A stretch of 64,000 nt of DNA, from positions 172,546,001 through 172,610,000 of the forward strand of contig OX597816.1 in assembly GCA_951406725.2 (NCBI GenBank), written 5' to 3'. The position numbers and the translations under genes were made by a program. Below, in pieces: positions 11,930 through 23,794 of the stretch. How positions within the stretch are numbered: the first letter of the stretch is position 1; each line of letters starts with the position of its first letter. The notes under the pieces are model-generated. The model ran no database searches, was not told the origin of the DNA, and worked only from the letters and a program-made list of their open reading frames with translations. Source of the stretch: Octopus vulgaris (taxonomy: Eukaryota).

Positions 11930-12179
11930 ATAGTTATTTTTTCTTTCATGGCGGTGCCCGGCATAGCTGCAGTCTACAAGTAAAAGGTAAAGCAAATGAT
12001 TATACCACAACAATTTTTAGTATTAAAAGATTAATTAGGAAATTCAAATGTATTCGAGATGTATTTTATATTTTTGAATGAATATGGAACAGTTTTGGGT
12101 TGACAACTCGAAGCTAAATGTTAAATGCGACATAATAGAGGTATGAGTGGGATTATAGCATTAAATAATATTCTAAAGA

Positions 12180-12563
12180 TTATAAACCTGGAAAATTACA
12201 GGACAAGTTATCACACTTGGAAAAGTTCAGGACAATTTATTACATCTGGTAAAATACAGAACAAGAAAATTCATACTTAAATCATTGCAGCTAAGGATAA
12301 AATTTCAAATAAAGTATTTAGATTTAGAAAATATTAGCTTTAAAAAATTCATTTTTAAAATTATAAATTAGAAATTTGAAAATAGGTTATGAAAAATGAT
12401 AGTAGTATCATCATTAGTTAGTACAACAAATAGAATAATACAAAAATTAGTTATATATTACAGTAAAATCAACCTATAACAACAAAATCACAGCAAAATT
12501 TGCTTGAGTTATTGCATAAGTTATTGCCAAGTCTCCACATTTTTAGTCTTGACCCAATGCCTA
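12180..12563 (-). repeat. Inverted, Helitron-free copy of the 5400-6250 element
   Basis: tataaacctggaaaattacagg...ttttagtcttgacccaatgccta is the reverse complement of 5401-5600 joined to ~6090-6250. Confidence 0.9.
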
Positions 12564-12668
12564 CTGTTTTCAGTCGTGTTTGTCCGTTGACAAGATATCT
12601 CGAGAATCGCTGGATGGATTCGGACGTTTGGCCTCATGACTGGTACGAACTGATTAGGTTTTGGGATC

Positions 12669-14357
12669 TATTTTTTTATTACCCATGTGGGCTAACATAG
12701 AGGTGATAAAACAAAACATGTGGGACATAAAACATATATAATAATATAGAAATGAATATCATAATGTATGAAGACATGAATATGAGAAGTGGAAATGGAA
12801 CCACTCGCCCCACTTACGAGTGGCCTCATTTTCTACTTTTTAAATCCCGAACCTTCCAACACATCGATACCTGTTTCCTCTAACCACCTATCGTACGTCG
12901 TAAAGTCTGGGAATGAGCTCCAGCTGCAGTCCACCTCCCAACAATAAAATCCAACCATGTACTATTGTATGTTTTCCTCCTGTTTCTTATCTGGTATTAC
13001 ACACAAGTGATGTTCCTCCATGTTATCATACCCCTTAGTTCCAATACATTTTATGTCCCATTCTGCCGAATCCCTTAACATTTCGTCGCTAAGCAACATA
13101 TATATCCTACACTTTTTCCTTCTCTCTTTTGACTTGAGGGATGGGTTTTGGGTTTCTTTGTATGTGTTTGCCTCTTGTTTTTGTGTCGGATGGAAATGGA
13201 TAGGCCTAGTGTCTGCAGGGAGTGGGTGGGTCTGAGAGGGTGTGGGTGGGATGGGTGTGGAATGGGGTTTACAGTTTAGCTCACTTGCTTTTTTAGTTTT
13301 CTCCCTGTCACATTTTCCCATTTATTTTTTTCTATTTCCGCTACTTCCTTTTCTTTTTCGGTTACTTCCTTTCTACAGCACTCTTCTATCTTCTCTTCCG
13401 TATTTTCTGGTCGCTTTTCCTCTGGTATTCTTGTCTTTGATGTAGATTCTGCTCTTATGTGTCAGGCCACATTTAAAGCAGCGTGGAACTCTTCCTTCCA
13501 CCCTGACAGTCATAATTGTTTCTTCCATATTTTTTGTTTCCGTAATCTTTTCCGTCGTTTCTTTTGAACCCTGGACTATCATCTCCAGTGATTGACCTCT
13601 CCAGTTGACACAATTTTTTTTCTTGGCCTGGAACACCACTATGTTGTCTTCATTACCAAAGAGGACCGCATCTGCCACCCAGATCACATCAATCTCCGGT
13701 GGGATTCCTTCAACCGTTACCCTTGTTGCTCTCATGCCTCTATACGTGGGCAAAAGCACCACTTCTTCGCTCCGAATTGTCGACGCTGCATGTTTCCTTG
13801 CGGCTGTTGCATTACGAAACCTTACTTCTACTGTTCCAGATGTTGAGCCTTTAGTCAGGTATATTATGTCTTCCCAAATCTGCTTTGACGGCTTTTCTAT
13901 TTGTTCTGTTGTGACGACGTCTATTCTTCCTTTATTTATCGAAAAGGTTAGATAGATTATTGTGTTTTCCCTTATTCTGTTTTTACCCTTTTGCGGGGGC
14001 GACAACTTCACTTTGAACCCATCTCGGTTCATTTCTTCTTTGTGTCTTCCGAATTCCCTGATATCCACTTCTGTTTCCTTGCACCTTGCACCTTGCTGCA
14101 TCAGCAAAATCCCTCTTCTCTTTTCTCAGTTTCTGGTCCATTGTCTTAAACTGCCTCCAACAACTCCTCCTCGGATGATGACATGTCTGAGTAACTATAA
14201 CTGTCTTCAGATATTCTTCAACCAGCTGTCTCTTCTCGTAAGTGAAGAGAAAGCACAAACAAAACACACGTAAACTCCAAAACCGCTGCAAAGCAGCATA
14301 AAAACTATAAAAAAACCCACCGGCACAAAGCCACAACTGGCACGCACCGACTCGACC
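12669..14357 (-). mobile_element. ORF1-only Tx1/L1-type retroelement (HAL1-like), ~1.7 kb
   Basis: 5' UTR, frameshifted ORF1, short 3' UTR, and tail ...GTTAGCCCACATGGGTAATAAAAAAATA. Candidate TSD ttgggatc (12661-12668) / ttaggatc (14358-14365). No endonuclease or RT sequence recognisable. Confidence 0.65.
13373..14107 (-). pseudogene. Tx1-type ORF1p fragment (RRM-like region plus degenerate zinc knuckle)
   Basis: GTVEVRF...RATRVTVEGIPPEI...VRVEGRVPRCFKCG; homologous to ORF1 remnants at 27523..27864 (VTVNGRRPRCHVC) and 62636..63013 (VRVDGRKAKCHIC). Confidence 0.8.
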
Positions 14358-14698
14358 TTAGGATCGATCGGTACCGGACAAGGATTCTGTGTTGTTTTTA
14401 TGATTTTTTTAAACTTAATTTTTGAGATCGGTCGGGTTCATTTTTAGCATTCTCGTTTGTGAGAGCAGTTGAGTTTAGTTTCAGATATTCCCATTTTAAA
14501 AATCATCTCCGACTAATCGTTGAGAGAACGTTAGTGTTGTCGTTAGTGTTATATCGAGTCATTTGATTTCCAGCTGCGTTTTGAGGTGTGTTCGCTCCAT
14601 GTGAGTCTTGTTGTTGTTATTTTGTTATTGTTAAACTGTTATATTACTGAATTGTTGGATTAATTGTAGCCTGGATTATTCATTTTTCTTCCCCATTT

Positions 14699-15283
14699 AT
14701 GGGTGAAGTTGTGGATAATATTATGGAAGGTAAACCAGCACCAGAAGGCAGTTACGCTGCCGTAACTGGCAAGAGTCTAACAGCAGATATACTGCAAGTT
14801 AGAGAAATTGAACGAAACGAAACTAATTTCAAGAACTATAACGATTTATTGAGAAAGGAAGGAGACAGCCTGAGGCTGACACCGCCTAAGGAAGTCATAG
14901 AAAAAAAACAGAGAAAAAACAATTATATATATAGAACGCTGTCCCTCACAACAAAAAAGTGGAAATAGCAGCTGTGAAGGCGGTTGAAAACGACATTCTA
15001 CACCAGAGGAAAGAAATACGGTAGAGTGGAGGTACGCTTCGTGAGTGAAGAAGAAGCGATAAAACACTCCACTATGCCTTTGAGATCAACTGAGTAAGTG
15101 CTACTACTAACCTACTGTGGCAAACGTGCAGCCAGAGTAAGGATTGGTAGAGTGCCCCCAGAAATTGACGAGGCGTGGCTGGTGGCAGCCATCCTCTATA
15201 ATACAGAGGACGACATCCAAATATTGAAGACCACAAGAACTACGGAGGTGAACTGAAGGGAGTATGGGCTGGCGGTATCGGTT
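14699..15283 (+). pseudogene. Second Tx1-type ORF1 fragment, 3'-truncated
   Basis: SYAAVT motif, then in a shifted frame GRVEVRF...LLLTYCGKRAARVRIGRVPPEIDEAWLVAAIL, which aligns with 13373..14107. Confidence 0.8.
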
Positions 15284-16489
15284 CATAAAAGATTACCAGA
15301 CCGCTACAAGATTGAGAAGAATTTCTTTTAAAACTTCATTACATGAGATACCATGGAATTCCTCGAATTGAGCTCTATCATTTAAGTTTAATCAAAATAT
15401 AGTTTGTTTTTAAAATAAAAAAAGTTAATTATACTTAACTCCAATTATTTTACCTTCCTTAAATTCTTTCATGATATTTTACCTCACAATTTTTTCCATA
15501 CAAATTTTTGTTGCATAGGAACAAAACTATGAAATTCTTCATGCTTTCCTTTATCATCGAAGCTAGATAAATGTATTTTGCTCTTAAAATTTAAAAAAAT
15601 TTATTTAGATGTAAAATTGATTGGTGGTGTTACTTACTCTCCTATAACGTTGCTACAAATTTTGAAGCAAACTTTTTTTCTACTGGATCAAATTTCACTT
15701 TTTTTAATGCCAAAATGTAACTAGGGACCAGTCCTCTTCAAAAATGTTAACAGTTTTCAATTTGGTTAAGAACTGAATTAGCGACAAGCTCTGAAAAATG
15801 CTGCGAGTGAGTAAATTGCGACCATAAGAATATTATTCAACTACTACTGTAGTTGAATGATACAGGTCGAAATTGCTGACCTTGTACCAAAATTTGAAAC
15901 TATTTAGTAATTCAATTTCATGTTAAAACGTTTTCAAGGATGTTTGAGTTGTGTTTTTTTTTTCTCTCTGTATGTTGTGGTTCAAACGGTAATCATATCT
16001 GAGAATATTCGTGTATTTTGGACATCGAGCGTTCAATAGTTGGTTAGTATTTGTTATTCGTTGGTCATAGCTACTTGTTTCTGAATATATTCATGGTTTA
16101 TGGTAGTGTTTATCATTATAATATATCTATATTGATGAGTTTAATCCATGTTGTTTATTTAACTTTTAGTCAGGCACGGAGCCATCTTCGCGGGAAAATT
16201 GTTTAAGTAAGAATGATATTAATCTTTAGCACACTGCATTTTCTCTTAAACTGTTTTCCCTGACGCTGCCCTGTTACTACAGGGGCGAAAACTCATATGG
16301 TAAGATGATGCACCTACAATGTGCTAAACGTTAATGGACCTAGTGAGAACGTAAGAGTATATGCAAATTTATGCAAAGAAGAGCATAAAAAGTGACCGAT
16401 TGTATCACAGGATTTGTCTGGTTGAAGTAGAGGCATTTTTCTTTGGCAATTAGTGATGATAAGTTTATTTTACACATTATAGGCGTGTG

Positions 16490-16542
<53 letters not shown>

Positions 16543-16845
16543 TAGTGTGTTTGTGTGTGATTGGATTCATAAATGATCTTTCTTTGTTTACCGGTGATGC
16601 TAATGTTTGTAGAATAATGTCTGGCAAAATATGCCTGGCTCAGTTTTGTGCAAGTCAAGAAACTTCAGCTGTATAGGTGGTACTCGATTGTACACAGTCT
16701 CATGTCTTGAAAGGATTGTGGTTACTCGGTCACTGTTCTAATAAATTATGGAGCCGCTGACTTTCAGTTTTGACGTAGAAACCACAACGGTGAAACAGAA
16801 ACGCGCGCGCGAATGCACACAATAGCAAACACCTACCCACCCACT

Positions 16846-16877
<32 letters not shown>

Positions 16878-17240
16878 GACATACAAACATACATAAAGGT
16901 GCTCATTGTATGTGGTTGTGTTTTGCTGAGAAAGGCGGGGCGGGGGTGGTTTCCATGTAAACAAGCAACCAAAAAGTGCTCCACCTTTGCTGAGATCATT
17001 ACAAGGAAGAAACAATGCAGGTCGATCAGTCTCCACGTACGGAGAGAAAAGCGTTGTATTTGTGAACTTGGTGTCCGTGATTTAATGAGTGATTTGTTGG
17101 TTTGTATTATAATGGAGGAGATGGGGGATAAGGTGAGGAGTAGGCGTATTGGTAGGGTGAGTGAGGGGTTGTAGTTATTGAGTTGTAGTTGTAGGTAACT
17201 GAGGGACTAGTTTTAGTTATGTTGTAATGATGGAAGTGAA

Positions 17241-17580
17241 GGCGCGTGGCTCAGTGGTTAGAGCGTCGAGCTTACGATCGTGAGATTGTGAGCTCGAATC
17301 CCGGACCGGGCTGCCTGTTGTGTTCTTGAGCAAGGCACTTTATTTCACGTTGCTCCAGTTCACTCAGCTGCAGAAATGAGTTGCGATGTCACTGGTGCCA
17401 AGCTGTATCGGCCCCTTTGCCTTTCCCTTGGATAACACTGGTGACGTGGAGAGGGGAGGCCGGTATGCATGGCCGACTGCTGGTCTTCCATAAAAACAAC
17501 CTTACCCAGACTTTTGCCTCAGAGGGTAACTCTCTAGGTACAAGCCCATGGTCAGTGTCTGACAGAAGGGGGTCACAACA
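17241..17580 (+). mobile_element. SINE family D (tRNA head plus CORE/V-like body)
   Basis: GGCGCGTGGCTCAGTGGTTAGAGCG (A box), GCTCGAATCCC (B-box-like), then TTGTGTTCTTGAGCAAGGCACTT. Confidence 0.8.
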
Positions 17581-18110
17581 ATGATGGATATCTTGGGGAA
17601 GAGGTTTGGGTGCGTTGAAGTTGAGTGTAGACGTGTAGAAGGGTTTCAATACATTTATGTAGAAAGGGTGTCTGGATATGTTTAAGCTGGTGTGCAGTTG
17701 AAAAATGGTTTGAGTATAATTGGGTAGGGAGCGCTAACCGATTTGATGTTTAAATACTAGGCAGAGAAGTACGAGGCGTGGTTTGCGTTTGGATAAGTGG
17801 AGGGTAGAGAGTATCATTTGTATACTTTTTACTTTAAGTTGTTTATTTTGGTGAAAATTAGGAAAAGGATAACATTGCAGTGATAGATAGATAGCTAGTT
17901 AGATAGATAGATAGGCAAACAGACCGACGAGAAATGGGTATAAAACGCATGTATATGAGAGAAAACATGTGTATGGATGTATGCACGTGCATGAATGTGT
18001 GATGTACAACTGCTGTTGTTGTTTAACCTTAGGTCACTTCTGATTGAGTAAACTCTTGAGAAAAGGCGTCCCAGCAATGACCATTCAACCAATATATTAA
18101 AGTTAAAGGA

Positions 18111-18500
18111 GTGGAGGTGCAATGGCCCAGTGGTTAGGGCAGCGGACTCGCGGTCATAGGATCGCGGTTTCGATTCCCAGACCGGGCGTTGTGAGTGTTT
18201 ATTGAGCGAAAACACCTAAAAGCTCCACGAGGCTCCGGCAGGGGATGGTGGTGATCCCTGCTGTACTCTTTCACCACAACTTTCTCTCACTCTTACTTCC
18301 TGTTTCTGTTGTACCTGTATTTCAAAGGGCCGGCCTTGTCACTCTCTGTGTCACGCTGAATATCCCCGAGAACTACGTTAAGGGTACACGTGTCTGTGGA
18401 GTGCTCAGCCACTTACACGTTAATTTCACGAGCAGGCTGTTCCGTTGATTCGGATCAACCGGAACCCTCATCGTCGTAACCGACGGAGTGCTTCCATCCA
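18111..18500 (+). mobile_element. SINE family B, full length
   Basis: 13-bp TSD taaagttaaagga at 18098-18110 and 18501-18513. Confidence 0.93.
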
Positions 18501-18716
18501 TAAAGTTAAAGGAAAACTGGGATGGTTACGCTGCGTTTGTTTGCTCGATAAGGGCTGATCTGGAGTTGAACGACAAAAGCAATAATATTTATCACCGATT
18601 AAAACCCTCAAGGCCCAGCCACGTTGAATGTTGGTCCGATATCAAGTAGACATTGAACCATTTAAAATCTTCTAGTTTGACGCATATATACAGTAAGGTC
18701 GACTACTGAACGCGCG

Positions 18717-18763
<47 letters not shown>

Positions 18764-18782
18764 ACACACACACACACAGCTC

Positions 18783-18995
18783 TATCTGCGACGATTTCAT
18801 CTCAATCGAAGGAGAGGGGCTTTCTCCGTCCGTGGAATAAGCTACCGGACGAGATAGTGAAGATGCCGACGACCGCTCGGTTCAAAGTCTCTCTTGATCA
18901 CAAATGGACTGAACTCTTTATATGAACACCCTCCTTGTACATAACTCCATGTCCCCCTACATGGCCTTGCTTTTTTGCTTTTTGAGCCAAAAAAT

Positions 18996-19030
<35 letters not shown>
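18783..19030 (+). mobile_element. CR1-group LINE 3' end with (AACT)n tail
   Basis: RRFHLNRRRGAFS...WNKLPDEIVKMPTTARFKVSLD, a short UTR and a tandem AACT tail. Confidence 0.75.
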
Positions 19031-19145
19031 TACACTAATTTTAGACAGAGGACATTGTCCATACTTGGGCACCACCTTCAAAGGCTTTATTCGATCATAT
19101 CGGCTTATTTTAGTCAGGAAATCATTTTATTCATCTCTTAGTCGA

Positions 19146-19215
<70 letters not shown>

Positions 19216-19604
19216 TCATATATACCTGTGTGTATTGTATATATATATATAAATGTGAGGCGATATAGATAGATAGACGGCGAGGCAGAGAGAGACAGAC
19301 AGACAGCTAGATAGAGCAGAGAAAATATCGTCAGCTAAATATTGTCAATGTCAAACGTTAACTAGAAAACGAAATGGCGAATTGTTTGTTACTGGCTGTT
19401 AATGATTTGTCCTTCCTCCTCTCCTTTCTTTTTTCCTTTATTTCTATTCATGTGCCTAATAAAGAAGCATCAGGTGGTGGTAAGGTCTCAATAAACAGCT
19501 CAAATAAACAATATCAATAACGTAATTGAATAAATATAAACACCATACAACATTGAAACGCTTCAAGGCGGCTAACACCCGCACCATTTTCTTCTTCGGT
19601 CTAG

Positions 19605-20202
19605 TCTTCTTCTTCTTCTTCTTCTTCTTCTTCTTCTTCTTCTTCTTCTTCTTCTTCTTCTTCTTCTTCTTCTTCTTCTTCTTCTTCTTCTTCTTTTTTT
19701 TTTCTTCTTCTTCTTCTTCTTCTTCTTCTTCTTCTTCTTCTTCTTCTTCTTCTTCTTCTTCTTCTTCTTCTTTTTCTCCTTCTTCTTCTTCTTCTTCTTT
19801 TCCCGCCGCCACCACCACCACCACCACCTCCTCATCCTCCTCTTTCTTCTTCTTCTTCTTCTTCTTTTACCGCCACCACCACCACCACCACCACCACCAC
19901 CACCACTACCTCCTCATCCTCCTCTTTCTTCTTCTTCTTCTTCTTTTTCTTCTCCGCCATCTTCTTTTCCCACCTCCTCCCCTCCCCTCCTTCTTTTTCT
20001 TCTTCTTTTCCCACCTCCTCCTTCTTCTTCTTCTTCTTCTTCTTCTTCTCCTCCTCCATCTTCTTTTCCCACCTCCTCCCCTCCCCTCCTTCTTTTCCTT
20101 CCTCCTCCCCACCTCCTCCTTCTTTTTCTTCTTCTTCTTCTTCTTCTTCTTCTTTTTCTTCTTCTTCTTCTTCTTCCTCCTCCTCCTCCTCCTCCTCCTC
20201 CT
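19605..20202 (+). repeat. Compound (CTT)n/(CCA)n/(CCT)n pyrimidine-rich tract
   Basis: Read directly. Confidence 0.95.
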
Positions 20203-20469
20203 CGCTGTGGTCGTCGCCATCATCATCACAATAATCATAATGGCAGAAAGGTTTCCATTATGTGATGTGGTTGTCGAGTGCAGCCTCGCTATAAAGACAG
20301 GACAGCTGCCGGGTCAATAGAACGTTGACTATGAAACCGTTGTAACAGACAGAAGAAAGCAAAAGAAATTACAAAGCGAAAAAGCAAAGAAAATATAATC
20401 AATTGCTGTTCACACACACACGAGCGCGCGCGCACAAGCAGACACACACACATGCGTGTGGGTATATAC

Positions 20470-20586
<117 letters not shown>

Positions 20587-20699
20587 CCTGTGTGTGTGTG
20601 TACGTATGTATGAATTTATGTGTATATACATATATGTATACGTTTATATGTGTGTATGTATGTAACTAACTATCACCGTATATTCATGTGTACATACAT

Positions 20700-20945
20700 A
20701 CACAGCAGAAAGTGATAAGTGCAGAATCTGTGGACAAAACGGTGAAACTGTAAGGCATATTACCATACAATGCATGCCACTAGCTCAAAAGGAATATAAG
20801 AGACGCCCCGACAATATAGCCAGGCTTGTCCATTGGACACTTTGCAACAAGTATGGACTCCACATCAAAAAAATTGGTACGACCACAAACCTGAAAGCAT
20901 CGTCGAAAATGCAAAGATCCTATGGGATTATATGAGTCAGTGCGA
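20700..20945 (+). mobile_element. R4/Dong-type LINE fragment (zinc-knuckle region)
   Basis: SDKCRICGQNGETVRHIT...LAQKEYKRRPDNIARLVHWTLCNKYGL, homologous to 56226..56822. Confidence 0.8.
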
Positions 20946-23720
20946 CTAACGACGCTGTTGGATAGCATAGACTTGCCTCTCCAGGTTCCGAGTTGCAACC
21001 TCATCGACTTTTCCGGATTAACACAGAGTTTAAGATTTTGGCCGAGGCATTAGCAAAGAGGTTGGCATTTGTCGTCGAGGATTTTGTTGGGGAGGCGCAA
21101 ACCTGCACAATCCCAATTAGGTCCATACACAACAACTTCCACCTCATGTGATACATCATCTCGTCAACTTTTCATATTCCTCCAGTGATGTGCCGACCAC
21201 CTCGATTTCTGAGGTGTCCGACATCATCACGGTGATGTCGTCCGCATACGCGGACACAGCCCTCCTACGTCCCTGTTCGAACGGGATGCCCTGCAGCAGC
21301 GATCCAGCTTCTGAAGACGGGGGGGGGGGCGAAGCCAGCCGCGTTGAGGACAGCCTCTAGATATTAATAGTCGACCCCATTAAATGCTTCGATTGATCTA
21401 GATTGATCAGCGCCCCACGGAAGCCAGGTTTACACCCTACCCTTTCTATGATGTATCACATGAGGTGGAGGTTGTTATGTATGGATTTAGTTGGGATTGT
21501 GCAGGTTTGCACCTCCCCAACAAAATCCTCGACGACAAATGCCAACCTCTTTGCTAATACCTCGGCCAAAATCTTAAACTCTGTGTTAAGCAGAGTTATG
21601 AGCTTGAAGTTATCAAATGTGTCCCTCTTGTTTTCGTCTTTCTTTATCAGCGTCACCCCGTTCAGCGACGCGGCAAAGCGTTGAGGTAGGGACTGAAGTC
21701 AGCCACCATCTTCGCCCCGTCACTCTCTCCGAACAACCGAGCAAAGTGCTGGCAACAGGCTTCACACATCTGCCCTGAATCGCTCAGTTCGTGTCCGTCT
21801 CGTTCCGTGAAAGACCGAATTGTGGTTTTCTTACCACGCTGCGCCTCCTCCACGCAGGCTAATCGAACAGCTTTGATACTCTCGTTTCTTTGAACACGCG
21901 CCTTAGCTCTGACAATGCAACCTTCATGTTTCGCATTGAAGAACTGGTCTAATGCGATTCTCGCTGTTAGCACGTCGGTTGCAATGCCACTGCAAATAGC
22001 CTCGTCTAATTTAACTCCTAACCCCCCCTCCTTTCTAGTTTTTTCTAACGCTAATTTTTGCTAAACCCTGTCGATATTACTCTAATCTCTTTTTTAAGAG
22101 CCGCCCACCACCTGTTGTTGACGAGACTCACCCACGCTGTCAACTTCTGCTTAACTAAATTACTGACCCAGTCCCTGTAAGCCTTACGTGCTGGAAACGA
22201 CATGTTCAGCTTCCAGTACCCGGGTCCTAACCTACACTTCTTCTCTTGGTCGACCGTACAGATTACAAACTTATGGTTTGAATAGGCGAACATTTTAAAA
22301 AGTGGACATCCTACACTATTACTATCTATTTTCTTAGGGAAAATCTTATATATGTACGATCTAAATGACCCTAAGCAGTTGGTCCAGGACTACACAGGCA
22401 CATTAGAGAAATCTCGTCGGTACCTGTCAGACAGTTGGAACTAGCCGATCAGGTGCTTCAGGCTTTTGTATCCCACTCTTCTATCAGCTACTCCCACACA
22501 ATCCCAGCGTTGATCTAAGATTCTGTTCCAGTCCTTTACTAACAGTAATGGGCGAGACGTACCTAGAAAGGCTTTCAGACCTCTAAAGAAATCCGGCCGT
22601 TTGGCTCCTGTAGGAGCGTAGACAGCCACCAGTCTAAAGCTACTACCTTCGCTATTGCCACGTCCATGACCACCAACTTCCCGTCCGGATCTCGGAAGAT
22701 CAACTTTACCTCGAGATCCATTTCTTTCCTAAACAGCACTGCTGCTCCACCTCTCATTCCCGGACGACTAACAAATGTAAAGATCTGACAGTCATCGAAC
22801 ACTGAGGCTAGTACGCATGTATTGGAAATCCTGGTCTCACTGACAGCAATTACATCTATTTTTAGAGACCTGAGGTCGTTGAGCACGCGCCCCTGCTTCC
22901 AGGGCGACCCCAGGCCTCGAACATTTAAAACTCCTACTCTTAGTATGGCCATGCTGGTATGCTAAAGAAAGAAGGGAAAGGTTTGCTTACCTCCTGATAT
23001 TTTGTGAAGGTCGGGTGGTTCGACTTCCATAACTGGTGAGGTCTTCTTTGGGAACACCTTTAAGAGCCTCGATGTGGGTTTCACGTTCGGGGTTCCCACG
23101 TCCTCCGGAAAGCTCTCTCGAATTTTTGTACAGGACATTCGCATCAGAAGTAAATCTTCTGGTAAGCGAAACGTGTTCGATTCGAATATCACACCCGCTG
23201 TTTCAAATTCCGTGTTTTGTGTTACGGGGGCCATCAGTTCCTCGTTGTCCCTTCTGGCGAGTACGAAGTTGGATGTTTTGTGTTGGTGTTGTTTGTTTGC
23301 TTGACTGTAGCGGTGATGTCTTGTTGTTGTTTCGGTTGTGTCTGTGTGTGCTGTGAGTGCAGTATCTGCAGTTTTAGACGTTTGTGTGAGTGTTTGTTCT
23401 TGTTTAGGTTGTTTGCGTTTGGGAAGTCTGGTGATAGTGATGTTGTTGGTGGTTTTGGGGAGTTGTTTACTTGGGTGGTGTCTGTATTTTTTATTGTGGG
23501 TGTTGTTATGCTTTGTGTAGTTTTTCTTTTGTGCTTTCTTTTTTGTTTTTCTTTGGACCTTTTGGTTTTCCTTCATCTTCACTACTGGAAGATGAAGGCT
23601 TTGTTGCTGTAAATGTGTCTGTGTCTGTCTATGTTTATAATCTTGTTTATGTGTGTATTTTTGTTCGGTGTGAGTTGGGTGGGAGAGCTTTCCTTGTTTC
23701 CCTCTAGGGTGGTCAATGTC
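20946..23720 (-). mobile_element. Decayed Tx1/L1-clade LINE (ORF1 end, APE endonuclease, partial RT)
   Basis: LNVRGL...DVIAVSETR (22952), VYAP, GPGYWKLN, and DNFKLITLLNTEFKILAEVLAKRL; many frameshifts. Confidence 0.92.
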
Positions 23721-23740
23721 TTTAGTGTTGTTGCTGGTGA

Positions 23741-23794
23741 TTTGTCCTTGTTTGTTCTCTCTGTGTTTAGCCCCTTGTGGGTAGTAAAGAAATA
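23741..23794 (+). mobile_element. Isolated SINE-A/Tx1 3' tail
   Basis: tttgtccttgtttgttctctctgtgtttagccccttgtgggtagtaaagaaata. Confidence 0.8.
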
